From the human T2T-CHM13v2.0 reference genome, Homo sapiens, in the NCBI RefSeq assembly GCF_009914755.1, contig NC_060948.1: a stretch of DNA of 64,000 nucleotides. One strand, given 5' to 3'. Each line of letters opens with the position of its first letter. The stretch's first letter is position 1. Position numbers and translations under genes: made by a program. A model generated the notes under the pieces. That model saw only the letters and a list, made by a program, of their open reading frames with translations. It was not told the DNA's origin and did no database searches. Shown one piece after another: positions 1-14,296 of this stretch.

Positions 1-132
1 TGGAAACAAATGGAATGGAATTGAATGGAATGGAATTGAATGGAATGGGAACGAATTGAGTGAAATTGTATGCAGTAGAAGGGAATAGAATGGAATGCAA
101 GCGAAAGGAAAGGAATGGATTGGAATGGAATG
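1..132 (+). repeat. Partial unit U0 (3' end of the preceding unit)
   Basis: Contains GTGAAATTGTATGCAGTAG, which precedes the EcoRI site in every unit. Confidence 0.9.
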
Positions 133-170
133 GAATTCATTGGAATGGAAGGGAATGTAGTGTAATGGAC

Positions 171-176
171 AGGCCT
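171..176. other. StuI/HaeIII landmark site (AGGCCT), one per unit, 38 bp after the EcoRI site
   Basis: GACAGGCCTGG is seen in all 18 units. I noticed no other GGCC. This would explain a classical unit-length (~3.5 kb) HaeIII band. Confidence 0.85.
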
Positions 177-3100
177 GGAATAAAGTGGAATGCTACGGTC
201 TCGAACGGAATAAAAATGTATGGAATGGAATGCAATGAAACGGAATCGAATGTCATAGAATGTAATGGAATGCAAAAAAATGGAATCCAAAATCATTGAC
301 TGGAAAGGCTGGGTGTCGAAAGGAATTGACTCCAATGGAATGGAATCGAATGGAATGGAAGTGAATAGAATCGAACTAAATCGAATGGAATGGAATTGAT
401 AGGAACGGAATGGAAAGGAATGCAATGATTTGGCATGGAATGGAATCGAATGGCATCGAATGGAATGGAATGGAATGCAATGGAATGGAATGTATTAGAA
501 TGTAATGAACTTTAATGGAATGTACTCGAATGGATTCGACTGGAATGGAATGTTCTGGAAGTGAATGTACTCCAATTGAATGGATTCGAAAGGAATGGAA
601 TCTATTGGAATGGAATTAAATGGAAATGAATCAAATTGAATAGAACGGAATTGAATTGAATGGAATCGAATGCAATGGAATCTAATGAAACGGAAAGGAA
701 AGGAATGGAATGGATTGGAATGGAATGGGCTGGAATGGAATGGAATCGAAACGAATGGAATGGAATCGAACTGAAGAGACTGGAATGGAATGCACTGGAA
801 TGGAAGGGAATGTAATGGAAGGTTCTCGAAAAAAATGGAATCGAAAGGAATGGAATTGAATGGAACGGAATAGAGTCGAATGGAATTCAATGGAATGGAA
901 TGGACTAGAGTGAAATGGAATCGAACCACAAGGAATGGACAGGAATAGAATGGTCTCGAATTGAATGGAATCGTATGGAATGGCATCAAACGGAATGGAA
1001 TGGACAGCCACGGAATGGAATGCACTCGAATGCAATGGAGTCGACACTAATGGACTGGAATAGAATGGACTCGACTGGTACGGACTCCAATGGAATGGAA
1101 TCGAATGGAAGGGAATCGAACGGAATGGACTCGAAGGGAAAAGACTGCAATGGAAAGGTCTCGAATGGAATGGAAATTAATGGAATGGAATGGAATCGAA
1201 TGAAATGGAGTCAAAAGGAATGGAATCGAATGGCAAGAAATCAAATGTAATGGAATCGCAAGGAATTGATGTGAACGGAACGGAATGGAATGGAATCGAA
1301 AGGGATGGAATGGAATCGAATGGAAAGGACTCGAATGGAAATCACTCGAATAGAATGCAATTTAATAAAATAGGATCAAATGTAATGGAATGGAATGGAA
1401 AGGAATCGAAACGAAAGGAATGGAGACAGATGGAATGGAATGGAACAGAGAGCAATGGTATAGAATGGAATGGAATCATCTGGAATGGAATTGAATGGAA
1501 TGGAATAATATGAAATGGAATGGAATGGAATGGAATGGAATGCCCTTGAATTAAATGGACCGGACTCGAACAGAGTGGAATGGAAAGTGTTGAGATAGAA
1601 TGGAATGGACTCCTTTGGAATGGTGTAGTATGCAATGCAATCGACTGGCAGGGAATCAAAAGGAATGTAATGGAATGGATTGGACTGGAATGCAATGGAC
1701 TCGAATAGATTGGAAACGGAATGCAAAGGAATAGAATGGAATAGTATGGAATGGAATGGAAAGGAATGGAGTGGAATAGACTAGAGTGGAATGGAATGGA
1801 CTGGAAAGCAATGGACTGGAATGGAACTTTCTTGAATGGACTGGAATCAAACGGAATGGAATGCAATGCAATCAAATGGCATGGAATAAAATAGAATGAA
1901 AGAGAATCAAATGGAATTGAATCGAATGGAATCGAATGGATTGGAAAGGAATAGAATGGAATGGAATGGAATTGACTCAAATGGAATGGACTAGAATGGA
2001 ATGGATTCGAATGGAAGGCAAAGGAATGGAATCTATTGGAATGGACTGTAATGGAATGGAATGGAAGGGATTGGAATGGACTCGAATGGAATGGACTGCA
2101 ATAGAAAGGACTCGAATGGAATGAAAAAGAATTGAATGGAATAGAACAGAATGGAATCAAATCGAATGAAATGGAATGGAAGAGAAAGGAATGGAATGAA
2201 ATGGAATGGAAAGGATTCGAATGGAATGCAATCGAATGGAATGGAATCGAACGGAATGGAATAAAATGGAAGAAAACTGGCAAGAAATGGAATCGAAAGG
2301 AATGGAGTGTTATGGAACGGACTCAAAAGGAATTGAATGTAATAGAATGGAGTGGAGTGGACTCGAATATAATGGACTGGAATGGAATGAAATCACATGG
2401 AATGGGAACGAATGGAATGGAATGGAAAGGAATGGAATCGAATGGAAAGGAATCGAATGGAAGGGAATGAAATTGAATCAACAGGAATGGAAGGGAATAG
2501 AATAGACGGTAATGGAATGGACTCGAATAGAATGGACACGAATGCTCAAATTGAATGGACTCGAATGGAATGGAAACGAAAGGAATGTCATCGAATGGAA
2601 TTGAATAGATTGGAATGAAATGGCATAGAATGGAGTGGAATCAAATGGAATTGAATCGAAAGGAAAGGAAGCGAATGGACTGAAATGAAATGGAATGGAA
2701 TTGAATGGAAAGTAATGCAATGGAATAGAATGGAACGAAATTTCACGGAATGGAATCAAACTGAATGGAATCAAATCAATGGAATCTAATCAAATTTAAT
2801 GGAAAGGAATTGAATGGAATACATTGGATTGGATGGGATTGGAATGAAATGTACTGGAAAGGACTCGAATTTCATGAAACGGAATGGAATGAATTGGAAC
2901 GGAATGGACTCGAATGGAATGGAATGTCATGGAATGGCATCAAATGGAATGGCATCAAATGGAATGGAATCGAATGCAATGGAATGCTATGGAATGGAAT
3001 GGAATGCATTGGAATGGAATGTCCTCTAATGGAATGGATTCGAGTGGAATGGAATCGAATATAATGGAGTCGAATGAAATGGAATTGAAAGCAATGGGAT

Positions 3101-3300
3101 CGAATACAATGGAATATACTGGAATGTAATGTAATGAACTCGAATGTAATTGACTGGAATGGAATGTACATGAATGGAATGTAATCGAATGGAAAGTAAT
3201 CCAATGGAATAGAATCTAATGCAATAAAATCGACTCAGATAGAGTAGAATGTAATGGAATGGAGTGCAGTGCAATGCAATTGAATGGAATGGAATGCAAT

Positions 3301-3340
3301 GGAATGGAATGGAATGGAATGGAATGGAATGGAATGGAAT
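3301..3340 (+). repeat. Pure (GGAAT)n tract embedded in each unit (n=8 here)
   Basis: Longest perfect pentamer run of the unit, located between GGAGTGCAGTGCAAT and GGGATGGAATGGTAT. Copy number varies between units. Confidence 0.9.
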
Positions 3341-3651
3341 GGGATGGAATGGTATGGAATGGATAGTAATGGACTGGAGTGAAATGGACTGGAAAGGAAT
3401 GGACTCAAATTGAAAGGGCTCGAAAGGAATGGAGTCAAATGGAATGGTCTGGAATGGAATGAACACGAATGTAATGCAATCCAATAGAATGGAATCGAAT
3501 GGCATGGAATATAAAGAAATGGAATCGAAGAGAATGGAAACAAATGGAATGGAATTGAATGGAATGGGAACGAATGGAGTGAAATTGTATGCAGTAGAAG
3601 AGAATAGAATGGAATGCAAGCGAAAGGAAAGGAATGGATTGGAATGGAATG

Positions 3652-6600
3652 GAATTCATTGGAATGGAAGGGAATGTAGTGTAATGGACAGGCCTGGAAT
3701 GAAGTGGAATGCTACGGTCTCGAATGGAATAAAAATGTATGGAATGGAATGCAATGAAACGGAATCGAATGTCATAGAATGTAATGGAATGCAAAAAAAT
3801 GGAATCCAAAATCATTGACTGGAAAGGCTGGGTGTCGAAAGGAATTGACTCCAATGGAATGGAATCGAATGGAATGGAAGTGAATAGAATCGAACTAAAT
3901 CGAATGGAATGGAATTGATAGGAACGGAATGGAAAGGAATGCAATGATTTGGCATGGAATGGAATCGAATGGCATCGAATGGAATGGAATGGAATGCAAT
4001 GGAATGGAATGTATTAGAATGTAATGAACTTTAATGGAATGTACTCGAATGGATTCGACTGGAATGGAATGTTCTGGAAGTGAATGGACTCCAATGGAAT
4101 GGATTCAAAAGGAATGGAATCGTACGGAATGGAATCTAATGGAATGGAATTAAATGGAAATGAATCAAATTGAATAGCACGGAATTGAATTGAATGGAAT
4201 GCAATGCAATGGAATCTAATGAAACGGAAAGGAAAGGAATGGAATGGAATGGAATGGACTGGAATGGAAAGGAATCGAAACGAATGGAATGGAATCGAAC
4301 TGAAGAGACTGGAATGGAATGCACTGGAATGGAAGGGAGTGTAATGGAAGGTTCTCGAAAAAAATGCCATCGAATGGAATGGAATTGAATGGAACGGAAT
4401 AGAGTCGAATGGAATTGAATGGAATGGAATGGACTAGAGTGAAATGGAATCGAACCACAAGGAATGGACAGGAATAGAATGGTCTCGAATTGAATGGAAT
4501 CGTATGGAATGGCATCAAACGGAATGGAATGGACAGCCACGGAATGGAATGCACTCGAATGCAATGGAGTCGAAACTAATAGACTGGAATAGAATGGACT
4601 CGACTGGTACGGAATCCAATGGAATGGAATCGAATGGAAGGGAATCGAACGGAATGGACTCGAAGGGAAAAGACTGCAATGGAAAGGTCTCGAATGGAAT
4701 GGAAATTAATGGAATGGAATGGAATCGAATGAAATGGAGTCAAAAGGAATGGAATCGAATGGCAAGAAATCGAATGTAATGGAATCGCAAGGAATTGATG
4801 TGAACGGAATGGAATGGAATGGAATCCAAAGGAATGGAATAGAATGGAATGGAATCGAATGGAAAGGACTCGAATGGAAATCACTCGAATAGAATGCAAT
4901 TTAATAAAATAGGATCAAATGTAATGGAATGGAATGGAAAGCAATCGAAACGAAAGGAATGGAGACAGATGGAATGGAATAGAACAGAGAGCAATGGTAT
5001 AGAATGGAATGGAATCATCTGGAATGGAATTGAATGGAATGGAATAATATGAAATGGAATGGAATGGAATGGAATGGAATGCCCTTGAATTAAATGGACT
5101 GGAATGGAATGGACTCGAACAGAGTGGAATGGAAAGTGTTGAGATAGAATGGAATGGACTCCTTTGGAATGGTGTAGTATGCAATACAATCGACTGGCAG
5201 GGAATCAAAAGGAATGTAATCGAATGGATTGGACTGGAATGCAATGGACTCGAATAGATTGCAAACGGAATGCAAAGGAATGGAATGGAATAGTATGGAA
5301 TGGAATGGAAAGGAATGGAGTGGAATAGACTAGAGTGGAATGGAATGGACTGGAAAGCAATGGACTGGAATGGAACTTTCTTGAATGGACTGGAATCAAA
5401 CGGAATGGAATGCAATGCAATCAAATGGCATGGAATAAAATAGAATGAAAGAGAATCAAATGGAATTGAATCGAATGGAATCGAATGGATTGGAAAGAAT
5501 AGAATGGAATGGAATGGAATGGACTAGAATGGAATGGATTCGAATGGAAGGCAAAGGAATGGAATCTATTGGAATGGACTGTAATGGAATGGAATGGAAG
5601 GGATTGGAATGGACTCGAATGGAATTGACTGCAATAGAAAGGATTCGAATGGAATGAAAAAGAATTGAATGGAATAGAACAGAATGGAATCAAATCGAAT
5701 GAAATGGAATGGAATAGAAAGGAATGGAATGAAATGGAATGGAAAGGATTCGAATGGAATGCAATCGAATGGAATGGAATCGAACGGAATGGAATAAAAT
5801 GGAAGAAAACTGGCAAGAAATGGAATCGAAATGAATGGAGTGTTATGGAACGGACTCAAAAGGAATTGAATGTAATAGAATGGAGTGGAGTGGACTCGAA
5901 TATAATGGACTGGAATGGAATGAAATCACATGGAATGGGAACGAATGGAATGGAATGGAAAGGAATGGAATCGAATGGAAAGGAATCGAATGGAAGGGAA
6001 TGAAATTGAATCAACAGGAATGGAAGGGAATAGAATAGACGGTAATGGAATGGACTCGAATAGAATGGACACGAATGCTCAAATTGAATGGACTCGAATG
6101 GAATGGAAACGAAAGGAATGTCATCGAATGGAATTGAATCGATTGGAATGAAATCGCATAGAATGGAGTGGAATCAAATGGAATTGAATCGAAAGGAAAG
6201 GAAGCGAATGGACTGAAATGAAATGGAATGGAATTGAATGGAAAGTAATGCAATGGAATAGAATGGAACGAAATTTCACGGAATGGAATCAAACTGAATG
6301 GAATCAAATCAATGGAATCCAATCAAATGGAATGGAGTAGATTGGATTGGATGGGATTGGAATGAAATGTACTGGAAAGGACTCGAATTTCATGAAACGG
6401 AATGGAATGAATTGGAACGGAATGGACTGGAATGGAATGGAATGTCATAGAATGGCAACAAATGGAATGACATCAAATGGTATGGAATCGAATGCAATGG
6501 AATGCTATGGAATGGAATGGAATGCATTGGAATGGAATGTCCTCTAATGGAATGGATTCGAGTGGAATGGAATCGAATATAATGGAGTCGAATGAAATGG

Positions 6601-7169
6601 AATTGAAAGGAATGGGATCGAATACAATGGAATATACTGGAATGTAATGTAATGAACTCGAATGTAATTGACTGGAATGGAATGTACATGAATGGAATGT
6701 AATCGAATGGAAAGTAATCCAATGGAATAGAATCTAATGCAATAAAATCGACTCAGATAGAGTAGAATGTAATGGAATGGAGTGCAGTGCAATGGAATGG
6801 AATGGAATGGAATGCAATGGAATGGAATGGAATGGAATGGAATGGGATGGAATGGTATGGAATGGATAGTAATGGACTGGAGTGAAATGGAGTGGAAAGG
6901 AATGGACTCAAATTGAAAGGGCTCGAAAGGAATGGAGTCAAATGGAATGGTCTGGAATGGAATGAACACGAATGTAATGCAATCCAATAGAATGGAATCG
7001 AATGGCATGGAATATAAAGAAATGGAATCGAAGAGAATGGAAACAAATGGAATGGAATTGAATGGAATGGAATTGAATGGAATGGGAACGAATGGAGTGA
7101 AATTGTATGCAGTATAAGGGAATAGAATGGAATGCAAGCGAAAGGAAAGGAATGGATTGGAATGGAATG
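3652..7169 (+). repeat. Unit U2, 3518 bp, divergent flank type
   Basis: EcoRI 3652 to 7170. Private 1-bp deletion ~5496, loss of the TTGACTCAAAT segment ~5515, 15-bp deletion ~6330, short (GGAAT)5 tract. Confidence 0.9.
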
Positions 7170-10100
7170 GAATTCATTGGAATGGAAGGGAATGTAGTGT
7201 AATGGACAGGCCTGGAATAAAGTGGAATGCTACGGTCTCGAATGGAATAAAAATGTATGGAATGGAATGCAATGAAACGGAATCGAATGTCATAGAATGT
7301 AATGGAATGCAAAAAAATGGAATCCAAAATCATTGAATGGAAAGGCTGGGTGTCGAAAGGAATTGACTGCAATGGAATGGAATCGAATGGAATGGAAGTG
7401 AATAGAATCGAACTAAATCGAATGGAATGGAATTGATAGGAACGGAATGGAAAGGAATGCAATGATTTGGCATGGAATGGAATCGAATGGCATCGAATGG
7501 AATGGAATGGAATGCAATGGAATGGAATGTATTAGAATGTAATGAACATTAGTGGAATGTACTCGAATGGATTCGACTGGAATGGAATGTTCTGGAAGTG
7601 AATGGACTCCAATGGAATGGATTCGAAAGGAATGGAATCGAACGGAATGGAATCTAATGGAATGGAATTAAATGGAAATGAATCAAATTGAATAGCACGG
7701 AATTGAATTGAATGGAATCGAATGCAATGGAATCTAATGAAACGGAAAGGAAAAAATGGAATGGAATAGAATGGGCTGGAATGGAAAGGAATCGAAACGA
7801 ATGGAATGGAATCGAACTGAGGAGACTGGAATGGAATGCACTGGAATGGAAGGGAGTGTAATGGAAGGTTCTCGAAAAAAATGGAATCGAATGGAATGGA
7901 ATTGAATGGAACGGAATAGAGTCGAATGGAATTGAATGGAATGGAATGGACTAGAGTGAAATGGAATCGAACCACAAGGAATGGACAGGAATAGAATGGT
8001 CTCGAATTGAATGGAATCGTATGGAATGGCATCAAACGGAATGGAATGGACAGCCACGGAATGGAATGCACTCGAATGCAATGGAGTCGAAACTAATGGA
8101 CTGGAATAGAATGGACTCGACTGGTACGGACTCCAATGGAATGGAATCGAATGGAAGGGAATCGAACGGAATGGACTCGAAGGGAAAAGACTGCAATGGA
8201 AAGGTCTCGAATGGAATGGAAATTAATGGAATGGAATGGAATCGAATGAAATGGAGTCAAAAGGAATGGAATCGAATGGCAAGAAATCGAATGTAATGGA
8301 ATCGCAAGGAATTGATGTGAACGGAACGGAATGGAATGGAATCCAAAGGAATGGAATAGAATGGAATGGAATCGAATGGAAAGGACTCGAATGGAAATCA
8401 CTCGAATAGAATGCAATTTAATAAAATAGGATCAAATGTAATAGAATGGAATGGAAAGGAATCGAAACGGAAGGAATGGAGACAGATGGAATGGAATGGA
8501 ACAGAGAGCAATGGTATAGAATGGAATGGAATCATCTGGAATGGAATTGAATGGAATGGAATAATATGAAATGGAATGGAATGGAATGGAATGGAATGCC
8601 CTTGAATTAAATGGACTGGACTCGAACAGAGTGGAATGGAAAGTGTTGAGATAGAATGGAATGGACTCCTTTGGAATGGTGTAGTATGCAATGCAATCGA
8701 CTGGCAGGGAATCAAAAGGAATGTAATCGAATGGATTGGACTGGAATGCAATGGACTCGAATAGATTGGAAACGGAATGCAAAGGAATGGAATGGAATAG
8801 TATGGAATGCAATGGAAGGGAATGGAGTGGAATAGACTAGAGTGGAATGGAATGGACTGGAAAGCAATGGACTGGAATGGAACTTTCTTGGATGGACTGG
8901 AATCAAACGGAATGGAATGCAATGCAATCAAATGGCATGGAATAAAATAGAATGAAAGAGAATCAAATGGAATTGAATCGAATGGAATCGAATGGATTGG
9001 AAAGGAATAGAATGGAATGGAATGGAATTGACTCAAATGGAATGGACTAGAATGGAATGGATTCGAATGGAAGGCAAAGGAATGGAATCTATTGGAATGG
9101 ACTGTAATGGAATGGAATGGAAGGGATTGGAATGGACTCGAATGGAATGGACTGCAATAGAAAGGATTCGAATGGAATGAAAAAGAATTGAATGGAATAG
9201 AACAGAATGGAATCAAATCGAATGAAATGGAATGGAATAGAAAGGAATGGAATGAAATGGAATGGAAAGGATTCGAATGGAATGCAATCGAATGGAATGG
9301 AATCGAACGGAATGGAATAAAATGGAAGAAAACTGGCAAGAAATGGAATCGAAATGAATGGAGTGTTATGGAACGGACTCAAAAGGAATTGAATGTAATA
9401 GAATGGAGTGGAGTGGACTCGAATATAATGGACTGGAATGGAATGAAATCACATGGAATGGGAACGAATGGAATGGAATGGAAAGGAATGGAATCGAATG
9501 AAAAGGAATCGAATGGAAGGGAATGAAATTGAATCAACAGGAATGGAAGGGAATAGAATAGACGGTAATGGAATGGACTCGAATAGAATGGACACGAATG
9601 CTCAAATTGAATGGACTCGAATGGAATGGAAACGAAAGGAATGTCATCGAATGGAATTGAATCGATTGGAATGAAATCGCATAGAATGGAGTGGAATCAA
9701 ATGGAATTGAATCGAAAGGAAAGGAAGCGAATGGACTGAAATGAAATGGAATGGAATTGAATGGAAAGTAATGCAATGGAGTAGAATGGAACGAAATTTC
9801 ACGGAATGGAATCAAACTGAATGGAATCAAATCAATGGAATCAAATCAAATGGAATGGAAAGGAATTGAATGGAGTAGATGGGATTGGATGGGATTGGAA
9901 TGAAATGTACTGGAAAGGACTCGAATTTCATGAAACGGAATGGAATGAATTGGAACGGAATGGACCCGAATGGAATGGAATGTCATGGGATGGCATCAAA
10001 TGGAATGACATCAAATGGAATGGAATCGAATTCAATGGAATGCTATGGAATGGAATGGAATGCATTGGAATAGAATGTCCTCTAATGGAATGGATTCGAG

Positions 10101-10722
10101 TGGAATGGAATTGAATATAATGGAGTCGAATGAAATGGAATTGAAAGGAATGGGATCGAATACAATGGAATATACTGGAATGTAACGTAATGAACTCGAA
10201 TGTAATTGACTGGAATGGAATGTACATGAATGGAATGTAATCGAATGGAAAGTAATCCAATGGAATAGAATCTAATGCAATAAAATCGACTCAGATAGAG
10301 TAGAATGTAATGGAATGGAGTGCAGTGCAATGGAATGGAATGGAATGGAATGCAATGGAATGGAATGGAATGGAATGGAATGGAATGGAATGGAATGGGA
10401 TGGAATGGTATGGAATGGATAGTAATGGACTGGAGTGAAATGGACTGGAAAGGAATGGACTCAAATTGAAAGGTCTCGAAAGGAATGGAGTCAAATGGAA
10501 TGGTCTGGAATGGAATGAACACGAATGTAATGCAACCCAATAGAATGGAATCGAATGGCATGGAATATAAAGAAATGGAATCGAAGAGAATGGAAACGAA
10601 TGGAATGGAATTGAATGGAATGGAATTGAATGGAATGGGAACGAATGGAGTGAAATTGTATGCAGTAGAAGAGAATAGAATGGAATGCAAGCGAAAGGAA
10701 AGGAATGGATTGGAATGGAATG
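7170..10722 (+). repeat. Unit U3, 3553 bp, flank type resembling U18
   Basis: EcoRI 7170 to 10723. Markers CATTGAATGG 7331, GTAATAGAAT 8438, AAACGGAAGG 8465. Extra EcoRI at 10028. Confidence 0.9.
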
Positions 10723-13700
10723 GAATTCATTGGAATGGAAGGGAATGTAGTGTAATGGACAGGCCTGGAATAAAGTGGAATGCTACGGTCTCGAATGGAA
10801 TAAAAATGTATGGAATGGAATGCAATGAAACGGAATCGAATGTCATAGAATGTAATGGAATGCAAAAAAATGGAATCCAAAATCATTGACTGGAAAGGCT
10901 GGGTGTCGAAAGGAATTGACTCCAATGGAATGGAATCGAATGGAATGGAAGTGAATAGAATCGAACTAAATCGAATGGAATGGAATTGATAGGAACGGAA
11001 TGGAAAGGAATGCAATGATTTGGCATGGAATGGAATCGAGTGGCATCGAATGGAATGGAATGGAATGCAATGGAATGGAATGTATTAGAATGTAATGAAC
11101 TTTAATGGAATGTACTCGAATGGATTCGACTGGAATGGAATGTTCTGGAAGTGAATGGACTCCAATGGAATGGATTCAAAAGGAATGGAATCGTACGGAA
11201 TGGAATCTAATGGAATGGAATTAAATGGAAATGAATCAAATTGAATAGCACGGAATTGAATTGAATGGAATGGAATGCAATGGAATCTAATGAAACGGAA
11301 AGGAAAGGAATGGAATGGAATGGAATGGACTGGAATGGAAAGGAATCGAAACGAATGGAATGGAATCGAACTGAAGAGACTGGAATGGAATGCACTGGAA
11401 TGGAAGGGAGTGTAATGGAAGGTTCTCGAAAAAAATGGAATCGAATGGAATGGAATTGAATGGAACGGAATAGAGTCGAATGGAATTGAATGGAATGGAA
11501 TGGACTAGAGTGAAATGGAATCGAACCACAAGGAATGGACAGGAATAGAATGGTCTCGAATTGAATGGAATCGTATGGAATGGCATCAAACGGAATGGAA
11601 TGGACAGCCACGGAATGGAATGCACTCGAATGCAATGGAGTCGAAACTAATGGACTGGAATAGAATGGACTCGACTGGTACGGACTCCAATGGAATGGAA
11701 TCGAATGGAAGGGAATGGAACGGAAGGGAATCGAACGGAATGGACTCGAAGGGAAAAGACTGCAATGGAAAGGTCTCGAATGGAATGGAAATTAATGGAA
11801 TGGAATGGAATCGAATGAAATGGAGTCAAAAGGAATGGAATCGAATGGCAAGAAATCGAATGTAATGGAATCGCCAGGAATTGATGTGAACGGAACGGAA
11901 TGGAATGGAATCCAAAGGAATGGAATAGAATGGAATGGAATCGAATGGAAAGGACTCGAATGGAAATCACTCGAATAGAATGCAATTTAATAAAATAGGA
12001 TCAAATGTAATGGAATGGAATGGAAAGGAATCGAAACGAAAGGAATGGAGACAGATGGAATGGAATGGAACAGAGAGCAATGGTATAGAATGGAATGGAA
12101 TCATCTGGAATGGAATTGAATTTAATGGAATAATATGAAATGGAATGGAATGGAATGGAATGGAATGCCCTTGAATTAAATGGACTGGAATGGAATGGAC
12201 TCAAACAGAGTGGAATGGAAAGTGTGGAGATAGAATGGAATGAACTCCTTTGGAATGGTGTAGTATGCAATGCAATCGACTGGCAGGGAATCAAAAGGAA
12301 TGTAATCGAATGGATTGGACTGGAATGCAATGGACTCGAATAGATTGGAAACGGAATGCAAAGGAATGGAATGGAATAGTATGTAATGCAATGGAAGGGA
12401 ATGGAGTGGAATAGACTAGAGTGGAATGGAATGTACTGGAAAGCAATGGACTGGAATGGAACTTTCTTGGATGGACTGGAATCAAACGGAATGGAATGCA
12501 ATGCAATCAAATGGCATGGAATAAAATAGAATGAAAGAGAATCAAATGGAATTGAATCGAATGGAATCGAATGGATTGGAAAGGAATAGAATGGAATGGA
12601 ATGGTATTGACTCAAATGGAATGGACTAGAATGGAATGGATTCGAATGGAAGGCAAAGGAAAGGAATCTATTGGAATGGACTGTAATGGAATGGAATGGA
12701 AGGGATTGGAATGGACTCGAATGGAATGGACTGCAATAGAAAGGACTCGAATGGAATGAAAAAGAATTGAATGGAATAGAACAGAATGGAATCAAATCGA
12801 ATGAAATGGAATGGAATAGAAAGGAATGGAATGAAATGGAATGGAAAGGATTCGAATGGAATGCAATCGAATGGAATGGAATCGAACGGAATGGAATAAA
12901 ATGGAAGAAAACTGGCAAGAAATGGAATCGAAATGAATGGAGTGTTATGGAACGGACTCAAAAGGAATTGAATGTAACAGAATGGAGTGGAGTGGACTCG
13001 AATATAATGGAGTGGAATGGAATGAAATCACATGGAATGGGAACGAATGGAATGGAATGGAAAGGAATGGAATCGAATGGAAAGGAATCGAATGGAAGGG
13101 AATGAAATTGAATCAACACGAATGGAAGGGAATAGAATAGACTGTAATGGAATGGACTCGAATAGAATGGACACGAATGCTCAAATTAAATGGACTCGAA
13201 TGGAATGGAAACGAAAGGAATGTCATCGAATGGAATTGAATCGATTGGAATGAAATCGCATAGAATGGAGTGGAATCAAATGGAATTGAATCGAAAGGAA
13301 AGGAAGCGAATGGACTGAAATGAAATGGAATGGAATTGAATGGAAAGTAATGCAATGGAATAGAATGGAACGAAATTTCACGGAATGGAATCAAACTGAA
13401 TGGAATCAAATCAATGGAATCAAATCAAATGGAATGGAAAGGAATTGAATGGAGTAGATGGGATTGGATGGGATTGGAATGAAATGTACTGGAAAGGACT
13501 CGAATTTCATGAAACGGAATGGAATGAATTGGAAGGGAATGGACTCGAATGGAATGGAATGTCATGGGATGGCATCAAATGGAATGGCATCAAATGGAAT
13601 GGAATCGAATGCAATGGAATGCTATGGAATGGAATGGAATGCATTGGAATGGAATGTCCGCTAATGGAATGGATTCAAGTGGAATGGAATTGAATATAAT

Positions 13701-14296
13701 GGAGTCGAATGAAATGGAATTCAAAGGAATGGGATCGAATACAATGGAATATACTGGAATGTAACGTAATGAACTCGAATGTAATTGACTGGAATGGAAT
13801 GTACATGAATGGAATGTAATCGAATGGAAAGTAATCCAATGGAATAGAATCTAATGCAATAAAATCGACTCAGATAGAGTAGAATGTAATGGAATGGAGT
13901 GCAGTGCAATGGAATGGAATGGAATGGAATGCAATGGAATGGAATGGAATGGAATGGAATGGAATGGAATGGAATGGAATGGAATGGTATGGAATGGTAT
14001 GGAATGGATAGTAATGGACTGGAGTGAAATGGACTGGAAAGGAATGGACTCAAATTGAAAGGGCTCGAAAGGAATGGAGTCAAATGGAATGGTCTGGAAT
14101 GGAATGAACACGAATGTAATGCAACCCAATAGAATGGAATCGAATGGCATGGAATATAAAGAAATGGAATCGAAGAGAATGGAAACAAATGGAATGGAAT
14201 TGAATGGAATGGGAACGAATGGAGTGAAATTGTATGCAGTAGAAGAGAATAGAATGGAATGCAAGCGAAAGGAAAGGAATGGATTGGAATGGAATG
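10723..14296 (+). repeat. Unit U4, 3574 bp, clade A
   Basis: Markers ATCGCCAGG ~11870, GAATTTAATGG ~12118, 15-bp duplication in the GGAATGGAACGGAAGG form ~11712. Extra EcoRI at 13717. Confidence 0.9.

Larger units (their letters stand above)
133..3651 (+). repeat. Unit U1, 3519 bp, divergent flank type
   Basis: EcoRI at 133, next at 3652. Many private variants (extra EcoRI at 883, AAATTTAATGG ~2792, GAATACATTGG ~2817). Lacks the 15-bp GAAGGGAATCGAACG duplication. Confidence 0.9.

Noticed and set aside
60-299. Plus-strand MEWNG-type ORFs repeated in every unit
   Set aside because: These are direct translations of (GGAAT)n with ATG at every pentamer junction. Conservation reflects tandem duplication, not protein constraint.
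1361-1372. AATAAA hexamers (e.g. ~179, ~209, ~1364, ~3223) as poly(A) signals
   Set aside because: They are reachable from GGAAT-GGAAT by few substitutions and have no gene context or downstream GU-rich element. They cannot be supported without transcript data.
1342-2283. Long minus-strand ORFs (up to 313 aa, e.g. 1342-2283, 8398-9339, 61774-62715) rich in IPFHS
   Set aside because: (CATTC)n has no stop codon in any frame, so long ORFs are expected by chance. All three frames give the same low-complexity peptide, and lengths change with unit indels (313/305/208/131 aa). There is no domain or codon-level evidence.
2767-2795. GAATCAAATCA resembling a DUX4-type double-homeodomain site
   Set aside because: It lacks the leading TAA of the consensus and is explained by CAAAT pentamer variants.
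2829-2842. G-quadruplex candidates (GGGATTGGATGGGATTGG-type segments)
   Set aside because: G-runs are mostly GG with at most two GGG. There is no canonical four-GGG motif.
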